Shown here piece by piece: positions 15,132-26,906 of a stretch of 64,000 nucleotides of DNA. A program made the translations under genes and the position numbers. Each line of letters starts with the position of its first letter. Position 1 is the first letter of the stretch. Below the pieces are notes generated by a model. The model had not been told where the DNA came from. It worked only from the letters and a program-made list of their open reading frames with translations, and ran no database searches. Origin of the DNA: Tubiluchus corallicola. Taxonomy: Eukaryota > Animalia > Priapulida. Location of the stretch: contig JAQGDQ010000492.1 in NCBI GenBank assembly GCA_030141605.1, positions 62,001 to 126,000 of the forward strand, read 5' to 3'.

Positions 15132-15253
15132 TTTACAGGAAACATAATGCAATGCATGTCTTTGTGCTCGTTTTACAGGAAACATAATGCAATGCATGTC
15201 TTTGTGCTCGTTTTACAGGAAACATAATGCAATGCATGTCTTTGTGCTCGTTT
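15132..15253. repeat. 40-bp tandem repeat, 3 copies
   Basis: Unit tttacaggaaacataatgcaatgcatgtctttgtgctcgt. Confidence 0.9.
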
Positions 15254-16419
15254 GATGCGACATTTTTATAGGCTTATCATTATTGCAAAAAAAACATTAA
15301 CTCTAGATGCAGTTTGTATTTCACAATAAATTTGCCTTCCCTTAATGTTAGTATCAAAGCACATTCAGATCGATTGATTCGATGCTCTGTATCAAGAATA
15401 AGTTATTATCTTAGCATCTCACTTTAGTTCTAGGCTGAACGTGAGTAAAATTCAATGATGAAACACCTTCTTAATAGTTGACATTTTAACTAGATGTGTA
15501 GCTCATATTTACCAGGTAATTAGTTGCCAATCAACTCTTTACATTTTCTAGCCAACGAAGTAAAATTTTAAGGAGTAGTTGATTACCAGTATCAGTGCTT
15601 TGCAAGCAAAAAAAAACAATAACAAAAGTTACCATGGTTTTTAAATGTTGAGTCACCCTTTTATTGAGTACAAAAATAATGCTAAACATTTAACACAAAT
15701 TAATTTCTCTCGTGTTTTTTTAATTGTAAAAATGCAACAATCTTGAAAGACATGACAACTTTACGATTAAAATTCGATAATTCAGTTATCAGAATTTTAA
15801 TATCCACACAAGAAGCACAGCTAAACATTAGCATTATTACAAAAACCAAGAAAAATATATTCACTACATGGATCTAATTTTTATAATTAGGAATATCTGA
15901 TCAATATTAGACAATTATTAAAACAATAACCTAATCAATATATTAGTAGCAATTCAAATATTCTAGACCCACAGAGACAATTGAAATATATTAAACTGAA
16001 TGAATATCAGAAAATACTTTCACTAATTGACTGAAAACAATGAAAACAGTAGAGAACAATGAAATATATTTCTTGAAAGTAGAGAGGATAAACAGCTGAG
16101 TGGTTAAGGTGCATGCTTCGCTTAGATTGTATCCTAATTCTGACTGCTTATTTTCTTCAGGAAGGAATGTATTTGCTAACAATCGTGGCCAAAACCATTC
16201 AGCTGGTTTAAAATCTTATCTTAAAGAACCGTCGTTGATAATGAGCGAAGTCCTGGTCCTGCCACAAGTGCAGAATTCATTCTAACTTGGAACTTGCTAA
16301 ACAGAATAAAAATCATTTTACTCACAAGTCGTTACATCTCTTTCACACTTTGTTTCATTTTTAGCTTAAAAGTAACTTAAAATCAAGTCTAAGAAGTAAA
16401 AAGGGCAGTCAACGTCGTA

Positions 16420-16574
16420 TCACCAAGCATATTTCACTTTTCCTTTTTTCTTCTTTGCTCTTCCCTGCATCACCTTCAGCTTCCGTATCGCTCGCTGATT
16501 CATCCAGACTGGATACTGTCCGTGATCGTCTCTCATGGTTCTCTTGTCAAACTTTCTGTCAACTTCCATTTTCT
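16420..16574 (-). CDS. LLPH: LLP homolog (LAPS18-like) last coding exon
   Basis: Not in ORF track. Acceptor ttttag|ag; translates EKMEVDRKFDKRTMRDDHGQYPVWMNQRAIRKLK...KYAW*, matching the HGQYPxWMNQR motif and terminal AW of LLPH proteins. Confidence 0.93.
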
Positions 16575-16660
16575 CTAAAATGCAAAGTTGTCAAGCTGTG
16601 AACGTTGATGTTCAATAACAGAAATGAACAAATAAACTGTAATCATATATGAATCAGTTA

Positions 16661-17255
16661 CCGTATTTTCCCGTGTATAAGAGACCCTTGTGTATAAGAG
16701 ACCCCTTCAATTTTTAGGCAAAAATTCTGGAAAAAAGTTTTTTGGTAATGAATAACTTTATTCGTCATAGAAATCATTAAATTCCTCATCACTCTCATCA
16801 AAAATATCAACTGGAGTCAGACCTGTGTCACGATGCTGTATTGCTTACAACCGCTTCATAGTCGAACGCGACACGCCTTGCTTAGGCTGACTCATCTCGT
16901 TGACCTCTGCCGACGTATCAATGACGTCGACGGGCATGCAGAGAGCTTATGCAGATGCGTTGATTGGCTGCAGAACAATCGATTTCTCTCCAATACCAAA
17001 GAGACATTTAAAAAAATAATAACTTACCCGGTACATTAATTTTATCATTAGAATTTAGCCATGGAGAAGATTTATTGAAAGGAAACTATAATTATTCGAA
17101 ATAAAACAGTTGTAGAGCACTTATTTCTTTAAAATCATTAGTGTCACAATTTATGCATCTTATTGAAAAGACTTACTCCCATGTATAAGAGACCCCCTAT
17201 TTTTAAAGTGAAAATTCTGAGCAAAAAAGGGTCTCTTATACACGGGAAAATACGG
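16661..17255. mobile_element. Non-autonomous pogo/Tc2-like DNA transposon (MITE), copy 1
   Basis: Perfect TIR ccgtattttcccgtgtataagagaccc...gggtctcttatacacgggaaaatacgg, TA duplicated on both sides, subterminal gtataagagaccc repeats; second copy at 54385-54839. Confidence 0.92.
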
Positions 17256-18886
17256 TACTCAAAATTTCAATCTTCAATTGTTAATTCCAAGAGCTCAAAA
17301 AACAGCTAAACTTGCATGATGTGTGACGTCAACGTGCCATGTGCATCATCCACAAATGTTCACTGTGGTCAACAATGTGTTTGACCAGACACTGCACGGG
17401 ACAAACCACACGGGCTCATCAAAACCACCCACCCTATCCACATCGCAGACACACGGGTGTTCTCAATCCTGAAACCATCCAGATCTGGCACTGCTTGACA
17501 ACAAAATAAAAGATAAACTCTTCTCCTTAGACAAGCCACTCAAACAAACACAGAAGAAAAGTAAGAAAAGAAAAGAAAAATGGGAAAAAAATAAAACATG
17601 AAAAGAAAAAGCCCAACTGTTAACATATAGGCAGCCATGTTGATTAAGCAGTACCTACATATTAATTTTAATAAGTTCTATTAACATGCGTACTTTCATG
17701 AATAACATGAAAATATCGAGGTTCAAAATAGAAAAACCGGTTAATAAACTGACAGACAGCTTATCCTCTACACATAAATCATGCATTTTGATTTTCACTT
17801 TTGTTTGGTTAGAATTTATCAAGGTTTAATCATCAACAAAATTCCCAATAAACCTGCCTGCTGCTTAAGCAAGAAGCTGTTTAAGCAAAAAGATAAGTAC
17901 CACTGTTAATCATGATTCGGAGCTCAGTGGGCCTCATTAGCTGAATAGAAAGTGTTGGTAACTTGAGAGTCAAGTTCAGTTTACCAAGCACTTTCCATTC
18001 AGGTGAAGACACCCACTATGGCAAAAGCTCCTAAATAAATATTATGCTTTTTGATACTATAAAGGGTATTACGAATTTTTCTGTTAACGATGACAGGAGA
18101 GTCTCAAGAGAGCTCTCTCTCGTAGTTCAAGTCCTAATTTAAGACCGTAGTAATACCTGTGGGATTTATTCTAACTTAATTATACTTGTATTGTTTATTT
18201 CAACCAACTATTATTAGTACTGTTGTTTCTCCAAGAATCTAAGAGCTGGAAAACGTTTTAAAACATGTTCATTCATGTTATCTAACTAAATTATCTGTAT
18301 TTGTTGTAGTTTAAAATTAGCATGCCAGTTTTAAAATAAAAACAAAAAGTAATGTTATTCTTCTTCTAGACAACTCCATGGCTTATTTTAATTTTTATTT
18401 AGTGTCAAACCTTGTTATAATGTCCTATTTTATAATGTATTACTATAATGTATTTCATAAGTATTACTATAAAGAAACAAAGTCAGGCTTGCCTTAAGAT
18501 AAATAATTAACAAAAATATTAAGACCCTCTTGCATTTGGGCATGCAAACATCATGCCTGCGATGTATTTTGCTATATTAACTGATCATATGCTCATCTGC
18601 AAGATTTATTCAGTTTTTGTACTTTGCTTTTTGTTTGAATGTTCCATTCTATACACAACCCTTATATCGACTGCCAGAGTTACACAAGTCCCAATGGCAT
18701 CTTTCAACCATGATTATAACCAGAAAAATAGCGTAAAATTAACTAATATTACGTTGATATACAATATAAATTTTGACACATTGGTATTAATTTGGACCAC
18801 GAAGATCTCATTGAGGTTTATAAAAACAGGCTGGAAAAGAAACATTTTGCTTGAAAGTTTCCGAAAACATTTTGCCTAAATATAGT

Positions 18887-19990
18887 GTTTCTACGAGTTG
18901 GCTCGGTTACTCATAATCATGACAGTTGTCACGGGTTTCTACGAGTGTGCTCGGTTACTCATAATCATGACAGTTGTCACGGGTTTCTACGAGTGTGCTC
19001 GGTTACTCATAATCATGACAGTTGTCACGGGTTTCTACGAGTGTGCTCGGTTACTCATAATCATGACAGTTGTCACGGGTTTCTACGAGTGTGCTCGGTT
19101 ACTCATAATCATGACAGTTGTCACGGGTTTCTACGAGTGTGCTCGGTTACTCATAATCATGACAGTTGTCAAGGGTTTCTACGAGTGTGCTCGGTTACTC
19201 ATAATCATGACAGTTGTCAAGGGTTTCTACGAGTGTGCTCGGTTACTCATAATCATGACAGTTGTCAAGGGTTTCTACGAGTGTGCTCGGTTACTCATAA
19301 TCATGACAGTTGTCAAGGGTTTCTACGAGTGTGCTCGGTTACTCATAATCATGACAGTTGTCACGGGTTTCTACGAGTGTGCTCGGTTACTCATAATCAT
19401 GACAGTTGTCAAGGGTTTCTACGAGTGTGCTCGGTTACTCATAATCATGACAGTTGTCAAGGGTTTCTACGAGTGTGCTCGCTTACTCATAATCATGACA
19501 GTTGTCAAGGGTTTCTACGAGTGCTCGGTTACTCATAATCATGACAGTTGTCAAGGGTTTCTACGAGTGTGCTCGCTTACTCATTAATCATGACAGTTGT
19601 CAAGGGTTTCTACGAGTGCTCGCTTACTCATAATCATGACAGTTGTCACGGGTTTCTACGAGTGTGCTCGGTTACTCATTAATCATGACAGTTGTCAAGG
19701 GTTTCTACGAGTGTGCTCGGTTACTCATAATCATGACAGTTGTCAAGGGTTTCTACGAGTGTGCTCGGTTACTCATAATCATGACAGTTGTCACGGGTTT
19801 CTACGAGTGCTCGCTTACTCATAATCATGACAGTTGTCAAGGGTTTCTACGAGTGTGCTCGCTTACTCATAATCATGACAGTTGTCACGGGTTTCTACGA
19901 GTGTGCTCGGTTACTCATAATCATGACAGTTGTCACGGATTTCTACGAGTGTGCTCGGTTGCTCATAATCATGACAGTTGTAACGGATTC
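18887..19990. repeat. 48-bp minisatellite, about 23 copies, in LLPH intron
   Basis: Unit gggtttctacgagtgtgctcggttactcataatcatgacagttgtcac/a; some units with 2-nt deletions or 1-nt insertions. Confidence 0.95.
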
Positions 19991-20828
19991 CTGTAGATCA
20001 GTTCAACTCTGCAGCTAGGCCTCAACTATTGCTGACCAAGGCTGACTAGCTTATTCTCTACATCCTGCGCAAATTTACTCAGAGGTTTGCAAACAATAAT
20101 TTTCACCTTCAGGTTAGCTTTGAATTATTTATACCTGCTAAACTTGGGCTTCAATGATCTGAAGTTATAAATTTCTTCTCAACTCTGTCAGGTAGGCTAT
20201 TTGAAGTCTGCGAATGTTAAAGCAGCATCATATGATCAGTTTAATCTTGTTACGTTAATGAGGTCCTTTTTACAGTTAATCAGAATTTAATACTTGTTTT
20301 TATCTAACTTGCAATGCCATAAACTAAATTAAACTGTGTATTTTCTTGACAGCGAAATGGTTTAATCGGCGTAAGTGTTGTGCATTTCTTCCTATAATAA
20401 ACGAAAACTGGACTGTATATTCCACTAATTTACTTGAAATTTCAATTGACAATAATAAAATCTAGAACCAGGTGAATGTTTTACCCTCATTACTAACGTT
20501 TAACTAATAAAAAGTTCAGGAAATTTCATAATAGTATTAGATGCCCGACAAAATGCACTTGCAGTTAAACGTCCCGATAGCACTGGCATTAATCAAGCTC
20601 TGCAAGGGTGTGAAAAATCTTGCACACTGATTTGCCAGTCAGTGAGAATTATTGACATTATGCTTAACGTCAATAGCAGGAGCAACATAGTAGTACTTAA
20701 TATGACGATTTATTAATTTTTTACAAAAAGGCCTGGGCCTTCTCTCTAATAACTTCACTTTGCATTGCAAACAACAGTAAATGCTATCATGAAATTTGAT
20801 AATGACAAAAATTCATGCAGTAACTTAC

Positions 20829-20882
20829 CAGAACTTTTTTCTTGACTTTTGGATTTTGACAAGACATCATCAGCATTGGTTA
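20829..20882 (-). CDS. LLPH: LLP homolog middle exon (54 nt)
   Basis: Acceptor ttttttag|ta, donor G|gtaagt, phase 1-1, open reading VTNADDVLSKSKSQEKSS links exons 1 and 3 in frame (116 aa total). Confidence 0.8.
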
Positions 20883-21098
20883 CTAAAAAAAGCTTTGAGA
20901 ATTACTTATACAATTATATCACATGAAGGTCTGAAATAAAACTAAGCATTACAGTTCCGCACAGTATTTAGATGGTTGATAGCAAATGCCACAAGGCTGG
21001 GCAATTCTTGCAGCACCAAAAAACACATTACATGTTATGAAATACGGCTCTCTCTCTAGCTCCTGTCACCTATCTGTCTTATAAAAAAATTGTTCCTG

Positions 21099-21582
21099 TA
21101 ATGAAGTGCACACTTTAGGCACTGCAAGTCTGAGGAACTAATGAAGTGCACACTTTAGGCATTGCAAGTCTGAGGAACTAATGAAGTGCACACTTTAGGC
21201 ACTGCAAGTCTGAGGAACTAATGAAGTGCACACTTTAGGCATTGCAAGTCTGAGGAACTAATGAAGTGCACACTTTAGGCATTGCAAGTCTGAGGAACTA
21301 ATGAAGTGCACACTTTAGGCACTGCAAGTCTGAGGAACTAATGAAGTGCACACTTTAGGCACTGCAAGTCTGAGGAACTAATGAAGTGCACACTTTAGGC
21401 ACTGCAAGTCTGAGGAACTAATGACGTGCACACTTTAGGCACTGCAAGTCTGAGGAACTAATGAAGTGCACACTTTAGGCACTGCAAGTCTGAGGAACTA
21501 ATGAAGTGCACACTTTAGGCATTGCAAGTCTGAGGAACTAATGAAGTGCACACTTTAGGCATTGCAAGTCTGAGGAACTAAT
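21099..21582. repeat. 40-bp minisatellite, 12 copies
   Basis: Unit taatgaagtgcacactttaggca(c/t)tgcaagtctgaggaac. Confidence 0.95.
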
Positions 21583-21699
21583 TCGTACCCATCAGAAATA
21601 AAAGTGTTAAATAGATTCATATTCCTAAGGTGTGGTTGCTACTTAGTTCATAAAAAACCATGATGCAAAATAATTTCATGAATAACATTTAAACCGCTA

Positions 21700-21860
<161 letters not shown>

Positions 21861-22829
21861 GTAAATGTATGTATGTATATGACAAGATGCAATCATCAAC
21901 TATTGTCAAATTGTTTCACAAGTTAATGTTGAACCTATTACAAAAATTTTTAACTTGGCTTGAACAGCATCCAAATTAAATTTATTTGCATGTTAAGCAA
22001 CTTGAAGGGCGCCTGATTATGATTTCATCACATTTTTAACCTTGTTTTCACAAGTATAGAGTCTTTCATAAGCATTATACAGCATTGGGCATAACAATCT
22101 GCAGTTCTATAAAGCAGTTATTAAAATTATACAATGTTGGGTATCAAATTTTGTATTGAGTACGTGCAGCACTTACTAAGATTTTAGCACGTTGTATTTT
22201 ACTTGAAGCAGGTCAAGAAAGGGCTGAATTAAACCATTCCATGCTATATCAAAACTGATTGTGTGTGACTATAGATATATTTTCCTAGTAGAGTTTGTTT
22301 CCTTTGTTGGTTGTGCTGGTCGCCATTTTACTTTTGTAGGTTTTGTGGCATATCAATGAGATGACATTAGTCCCAATAAAACGATCAACAATTACCTCAA
22401 CCTTGATGCATATTTTAATGGGTAATAAAGAAACTTGTCAATGGAAAATTTAATCTGTTGTCACGCCATGTTGCTACCAATAGACATTACACATGCCTAT
22501 TAAAATCACATGTAAAAATGTGAGAATCGAATATGGTTGATATTTTGTATCTCTGGACTGAACACTCACAACGGGTATTAAGTGAAGACAATGGTTGACA
22601 CACCACTTATTAAATTTAATATAAAGAAGTTTTGCATCGTCAGTGCTGCTTTCCATAATGAAATTTTTTATCCATGTGCCAACGCAGGTACTATATACAA
22701 TATGAACTGTGCAAATCATGCAGTGAATATAAACACCACTGTAACGACAAACAGACGTCAGATCAAAGTTACACATCACACTAAGTAAGAGTAAACATTT
22801 TTGAAAGTCACCGAATAACCCACCTATTT

Positions 22830-22842
22830 TATTATTATCATT

Positions 22843-22883
<41 letters not shown>

Positions 22884-22895
22884 TATTATTATTAT
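22830..22895. repeat. (ATC/ATT)n microsatellite
   Basis: Direct reading. Confidence 0.9.
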
Positions 22896-23793
22896 TGTCA
22901 TTACAATTCTTTATTATGAGCATAAAGACACGTTAAATCTGTACTTGCAAACAAAAACTGTCTATAAGTAACCATAATTAAAACTATGTTGTGGTGCTTC
23001 AAAGTAGAATGCGCCAAAAATTTGGTCAAATAAAAACAATATTTCAAACCTAAACAGATTTTAGCAACACATTATCAAGAAAATGTTCAAAAATACTAAA
23101 ATCTAATTCCGTACCCACCGCTCCGGATAGAAACTAGTGCTGTAATTGTAAAAAAACTTTTATTTTCAAACTCTGATAGCAACTTATGGAAGCACTCATT
23201 TTACTTGGAGTTTTTAATGTTGCCAAGCCCAGATCTTCTTCAGGAAGAGCCATCTACTGGATATAAACATAATTTTAACGTGTTTTTGCAAAGTCCATAG
23301 CAACCAACATTTGTGAGGTTGCTAAGCGTTTTGTAGAAATGGCTGATTCTAACAGTGTTTTTCACAAGGGTACAGTTTTCAGTGCATAGCCTGCACTTCA
23401 ACTTCAATTATCTTAGCTTAGAAATAACACAGAAGGAAGAATTTGGTATCAAAACGATCCCCATGAAATAGAGATTCACGATATGTGAATAACTAGAAAA
23501 GCTTGACTGCCGACTTACGGTCGCTTTTGCTATGCAAGCACACATATATCAAAAATACAGAGACATGGGAAGTTGCAGGTGACAGGGTAGCATGTTCTAA
23601 AGTGATTGCAAGAGTCACAACAGAGAACGTGTGACTCCAGAAATGATGATGAGGATTTTGAGTATATATGCACAATCTCTCTGCAAATTTAAAACTTATT
23701 AGTCAATCTATAACTGAAATGGGTTAAATATAAAATGAACAGATAGCCAGGGAGGCATCACCTCTACTGTCAAAAATCTAGCATGAAAGTCAC

Positions 23794-23935
23794 CTTTCAC
23801 TAGCTCTTGATTCTTCATGTATTTCTTGTGGCCCTCCACAATTTTTTTCAACTTTGCCAATTCCTTAGGTGCATTTTTGAGGCGTTTCCTGGCACGATGA
23901 CGTCGTTTGCTCTTACTTCGTAAACTCTTTGCCAT
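23794..23935 (-). CDS. LLPH: LLP homolog first coding exon
   Basis: [32 protein letters not shown] matches the LLPH N-terminus ([25 protein letters not shown]); phase-1 donor G|gtgact at 23794/23793; upstream acceptor ctgtag| at 23965/23964. Confidence 0.93.
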
Positions 23936-24636
23936 TGTTAGTAACTAAACTATGTATAGTAAACCTACAGTAAAAATAAAAGCAAGTTCATTTGTTTAGG
24001 TAACATGGATAACTGGATATATTTCTCAATAGCACAGTTTAAAAATATCTCTCAATGTCTTTGGCGGGACTGTTTTATTAAAATACTTACAAAGACTGAA
24101 ATCACAAACACAATATTGATTTATGCTAAAGTGATAAATGAGCAAAATAAAGAAAAGAAAATTATGGCTCCTAACAATATTAAGAAAATATGTGTTATAG
24201 GTTTCATTAATCACGAATAAGACTTTAAAAATTTCAAACTTTATTCCACACAAATGAAATTCTAATCGAAAATAGCATCACAATATGAAGTGTGCTTTAA
24301 AAATAACTAAATTTTAGCTTGTTTTTTATCAATTTTACAGCAGCACTAAAAACAAATTAAAAGTATCAATACTTAGCAAAATTTTATTGTGGCAATTTAT
24401 GGCAATAGCATAAGCAAAATATCAAAGCAAAGTTAGTGTACTGTACATTACCATTACACCACCAAAGAATTTTTAGCTTTTTCAGGAAAGCAGACCAACT
24501 AGTACAGTTAAATTAGTCAACTCAACAAGTTTTAAGCTAAAATAATTAGTGTTGATTGAACAAGAAATGAAATTAGATTTGTTAAATAGCTTGCAATTAT
24601 AGGCTTCTCAGGTCTATCTAATTGAAGCTTAGCTTT

Positions 24637-25080
24637 CATAGTACTGGCAACATACATTAATAGTACATACATTCATAGTACTGGCAACATACATTAATAG
24701 TACATACATACATAGTACTGGCAACATACATTAATAGTACATACATACATAGTACTGGCAACATACATTAATAGTACATACATACATAGTACTGGCAACA
24801 TACATTAATAGTAAATACATACATAGTACTGGCAATAGTACATACATACATAATACTGGCAACATACATTAATAGTAAATACATACATAGTACTAGCAAC
24901 ATACATTAATAGTACATACATACATAGTACTGGCAACATACATTAATAGTAAATACATACATAGTACTGGCAATAGTACATACATACATAATACTGGCAA
25001 CATACATTAATACTAAATACATACATAGTACTAGCAACATACATTAATAGTACATACATACATAGTACTGGCAACATACA
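24637..25080. repeat. 37-bp minisatellite, about 12 copies, some truncated
   Basis: Unit catagtactggcaacatacattaatagtacatacata. Confidence 0.92.
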
Positions 25081-26633
25081 CATTATTAATTATACATTAT
25101 ATACAAACTCATTAAAGTGCATACCAAAGCAGCTGTAAAATATTTAGTAGGTATAATTTCATTTTTGAAGTTTTAAGGCTTTTATCTGTACAGAAAAGAG
25201 CAGACATGTTTATCAACACACATAGAAAAACAGATAGTCTAAAAATATGTGAACAAGTATGCGAAAATCTACAAACACAGTCGTGAAACGAAGAATGACT
25301 TCTACTTTATTAACTTTATTGAGATACAAAATATCTCAGACATGTTGATAATTACATTAATAGCTGCACAAAACTGAATAAAGTAAATGGAAAAGTTTTG
25401 CTCAAGGTCAGAATATTCAAGGTCACGGCATTCATTACAAGTAGTGGCTGTCAAAGAAGAGAAAGTCTAACCATCAAAACCAGCTCAATTAAGTTGACAC
25501 AGAAATAGCAAAACTGTTAAATTCCCTAAGGCAACAGATCCTCGACATGCAGAGCAGTGTGGATACTGATAACTGTGCATTTCACGTGTCATGAGCTTGT
25601 TTACAAAACTCAATTTTGCCAACATTTAAGAATATAATTAAAATGTCTCGAATGTACAAATGACAATTAAATTGATTCACTATAATTAAGGAACATTGCT
25701 TACAATCACAACTTCCCTATTTTAATATCCCATGAAACGAATCTTCTTAGTTGACACTGATGTTGAAAATGATGAGATATCTATGCAAATTGTTATGATA
25801 CTGTGAATAATTATTGAAGAAAAAATGGTTATGCCCACACCAGTTAAACACAAACAGATGGAAAAAATCAATGTAGATTCTTACAACAGTAACACTGTGT
25901 AAAGCAGTGTGCACAGGTAAACTGTAAACCTAGCCAAATCTAGCTTGGTGTAACATGTAACATGCGAGCATATATAAAAGAGACACAAACTTTTGCATTG
26001 GCTGTTGCACACTGAGGCATCATTAGTGAATGAATTGATACTCAGCAGTTCTTAGGGTTTATAGCTTTGTTTTTTTTTGGAACTTATACCAGTTATTTGC
26101 CAACATGGCATTTCTGCACACACTGCTTTAATACTCAGAATATGACATACAAACACCAGTGATGGAGAAGAGCAGTTTTGCCTGCTTCATTGTAATTCAG
26201 TAAAGAAGAAAAAGATAAAAATTTGATCACGTTTTCTTAAATCAATAAATTGGTTCATTAATTTTTTACATAAAACTCTTTACCTATATTAGTGCACAAA
26301 CTTAATTCTGCAATAATGGCATAAAATTACATGCAGTTTGTATACATTTAATAAGTACCCACACTTTCATTTCACAATTAAATCAATTAATTTAATGATA
26401 ATTTTTCTGCTATAAAGTTGTGAGTAACAATATGCCAATAATCAAGTTACTAACTCGGTAAGTAGCTCACACAATGTTCTTTGAAGTTATGTTTTAAAAT
26501 AGTTTAAAGAAAGGAGAAAAAACACATATTCAAATACTCAAAAACTTAATGTCACCATCACTAGACAGACAAAGCTACAGCTATAGATATAGCAATAAGC
26601 CAAATCAAAACCCAATCACACACTTCTTTATGA

Positions 26634-26906
26634 CTATTCCACGACACTTGGATCTTTCTCCAAAACTCCCACAAGAAACTCTGAAAGTCTTTGTGCAATA
26701 AACGTCTTCACAATTTTGTGTGCTTTCTGATTCTGGATGGCGCTAGTAGCGTCTTTGCCAGCATATCGCAGTATGGCTTCGCCACCAGGGTGCAGTTCAA
26801 TATATGGAGTGACGTTATAAATGTTGCCTTCATAAATCAACCATGCATCAGTGCTGGTACAATGAGCAGATACTTGTGACTTAGTAAAAGTTTCCAAGTT
26901 TGCCAT
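26634..26906 (-). CDS. Small soluble cytochrome b5 heme-binding domain protein (90 aa, single coding exon)
   Basis: FTKSQVSAH...AWLIYEGNIYNVTPYIELHPGGEAILRYAGKDAT...AH...FLVGVL is the b5 fold with HPGG; ATG 26906 preferred because an acceptor (ttacag|) lies at 26934/26933; no hydrophobic tail. Confidence 0.88.
   Translation of the reverse strand: MANLETFTKSQVSAHCTSTDAWLIYEGNIYNVTPYIELHPGGEAILRYAGKDATSAIQNQKAHKIVKTFIAQRLSEFLVGVLEKDPSVVE

Noticed and set aside
18885-20018. His/Cys-rich repeat ORFs (SVTHNHDSCHGFLRVC) as a metal-binding protein
   Set aside because: Arise from a 48-bp minisatellite antisense within an LLPH intron; indel-bearing units break the frame.
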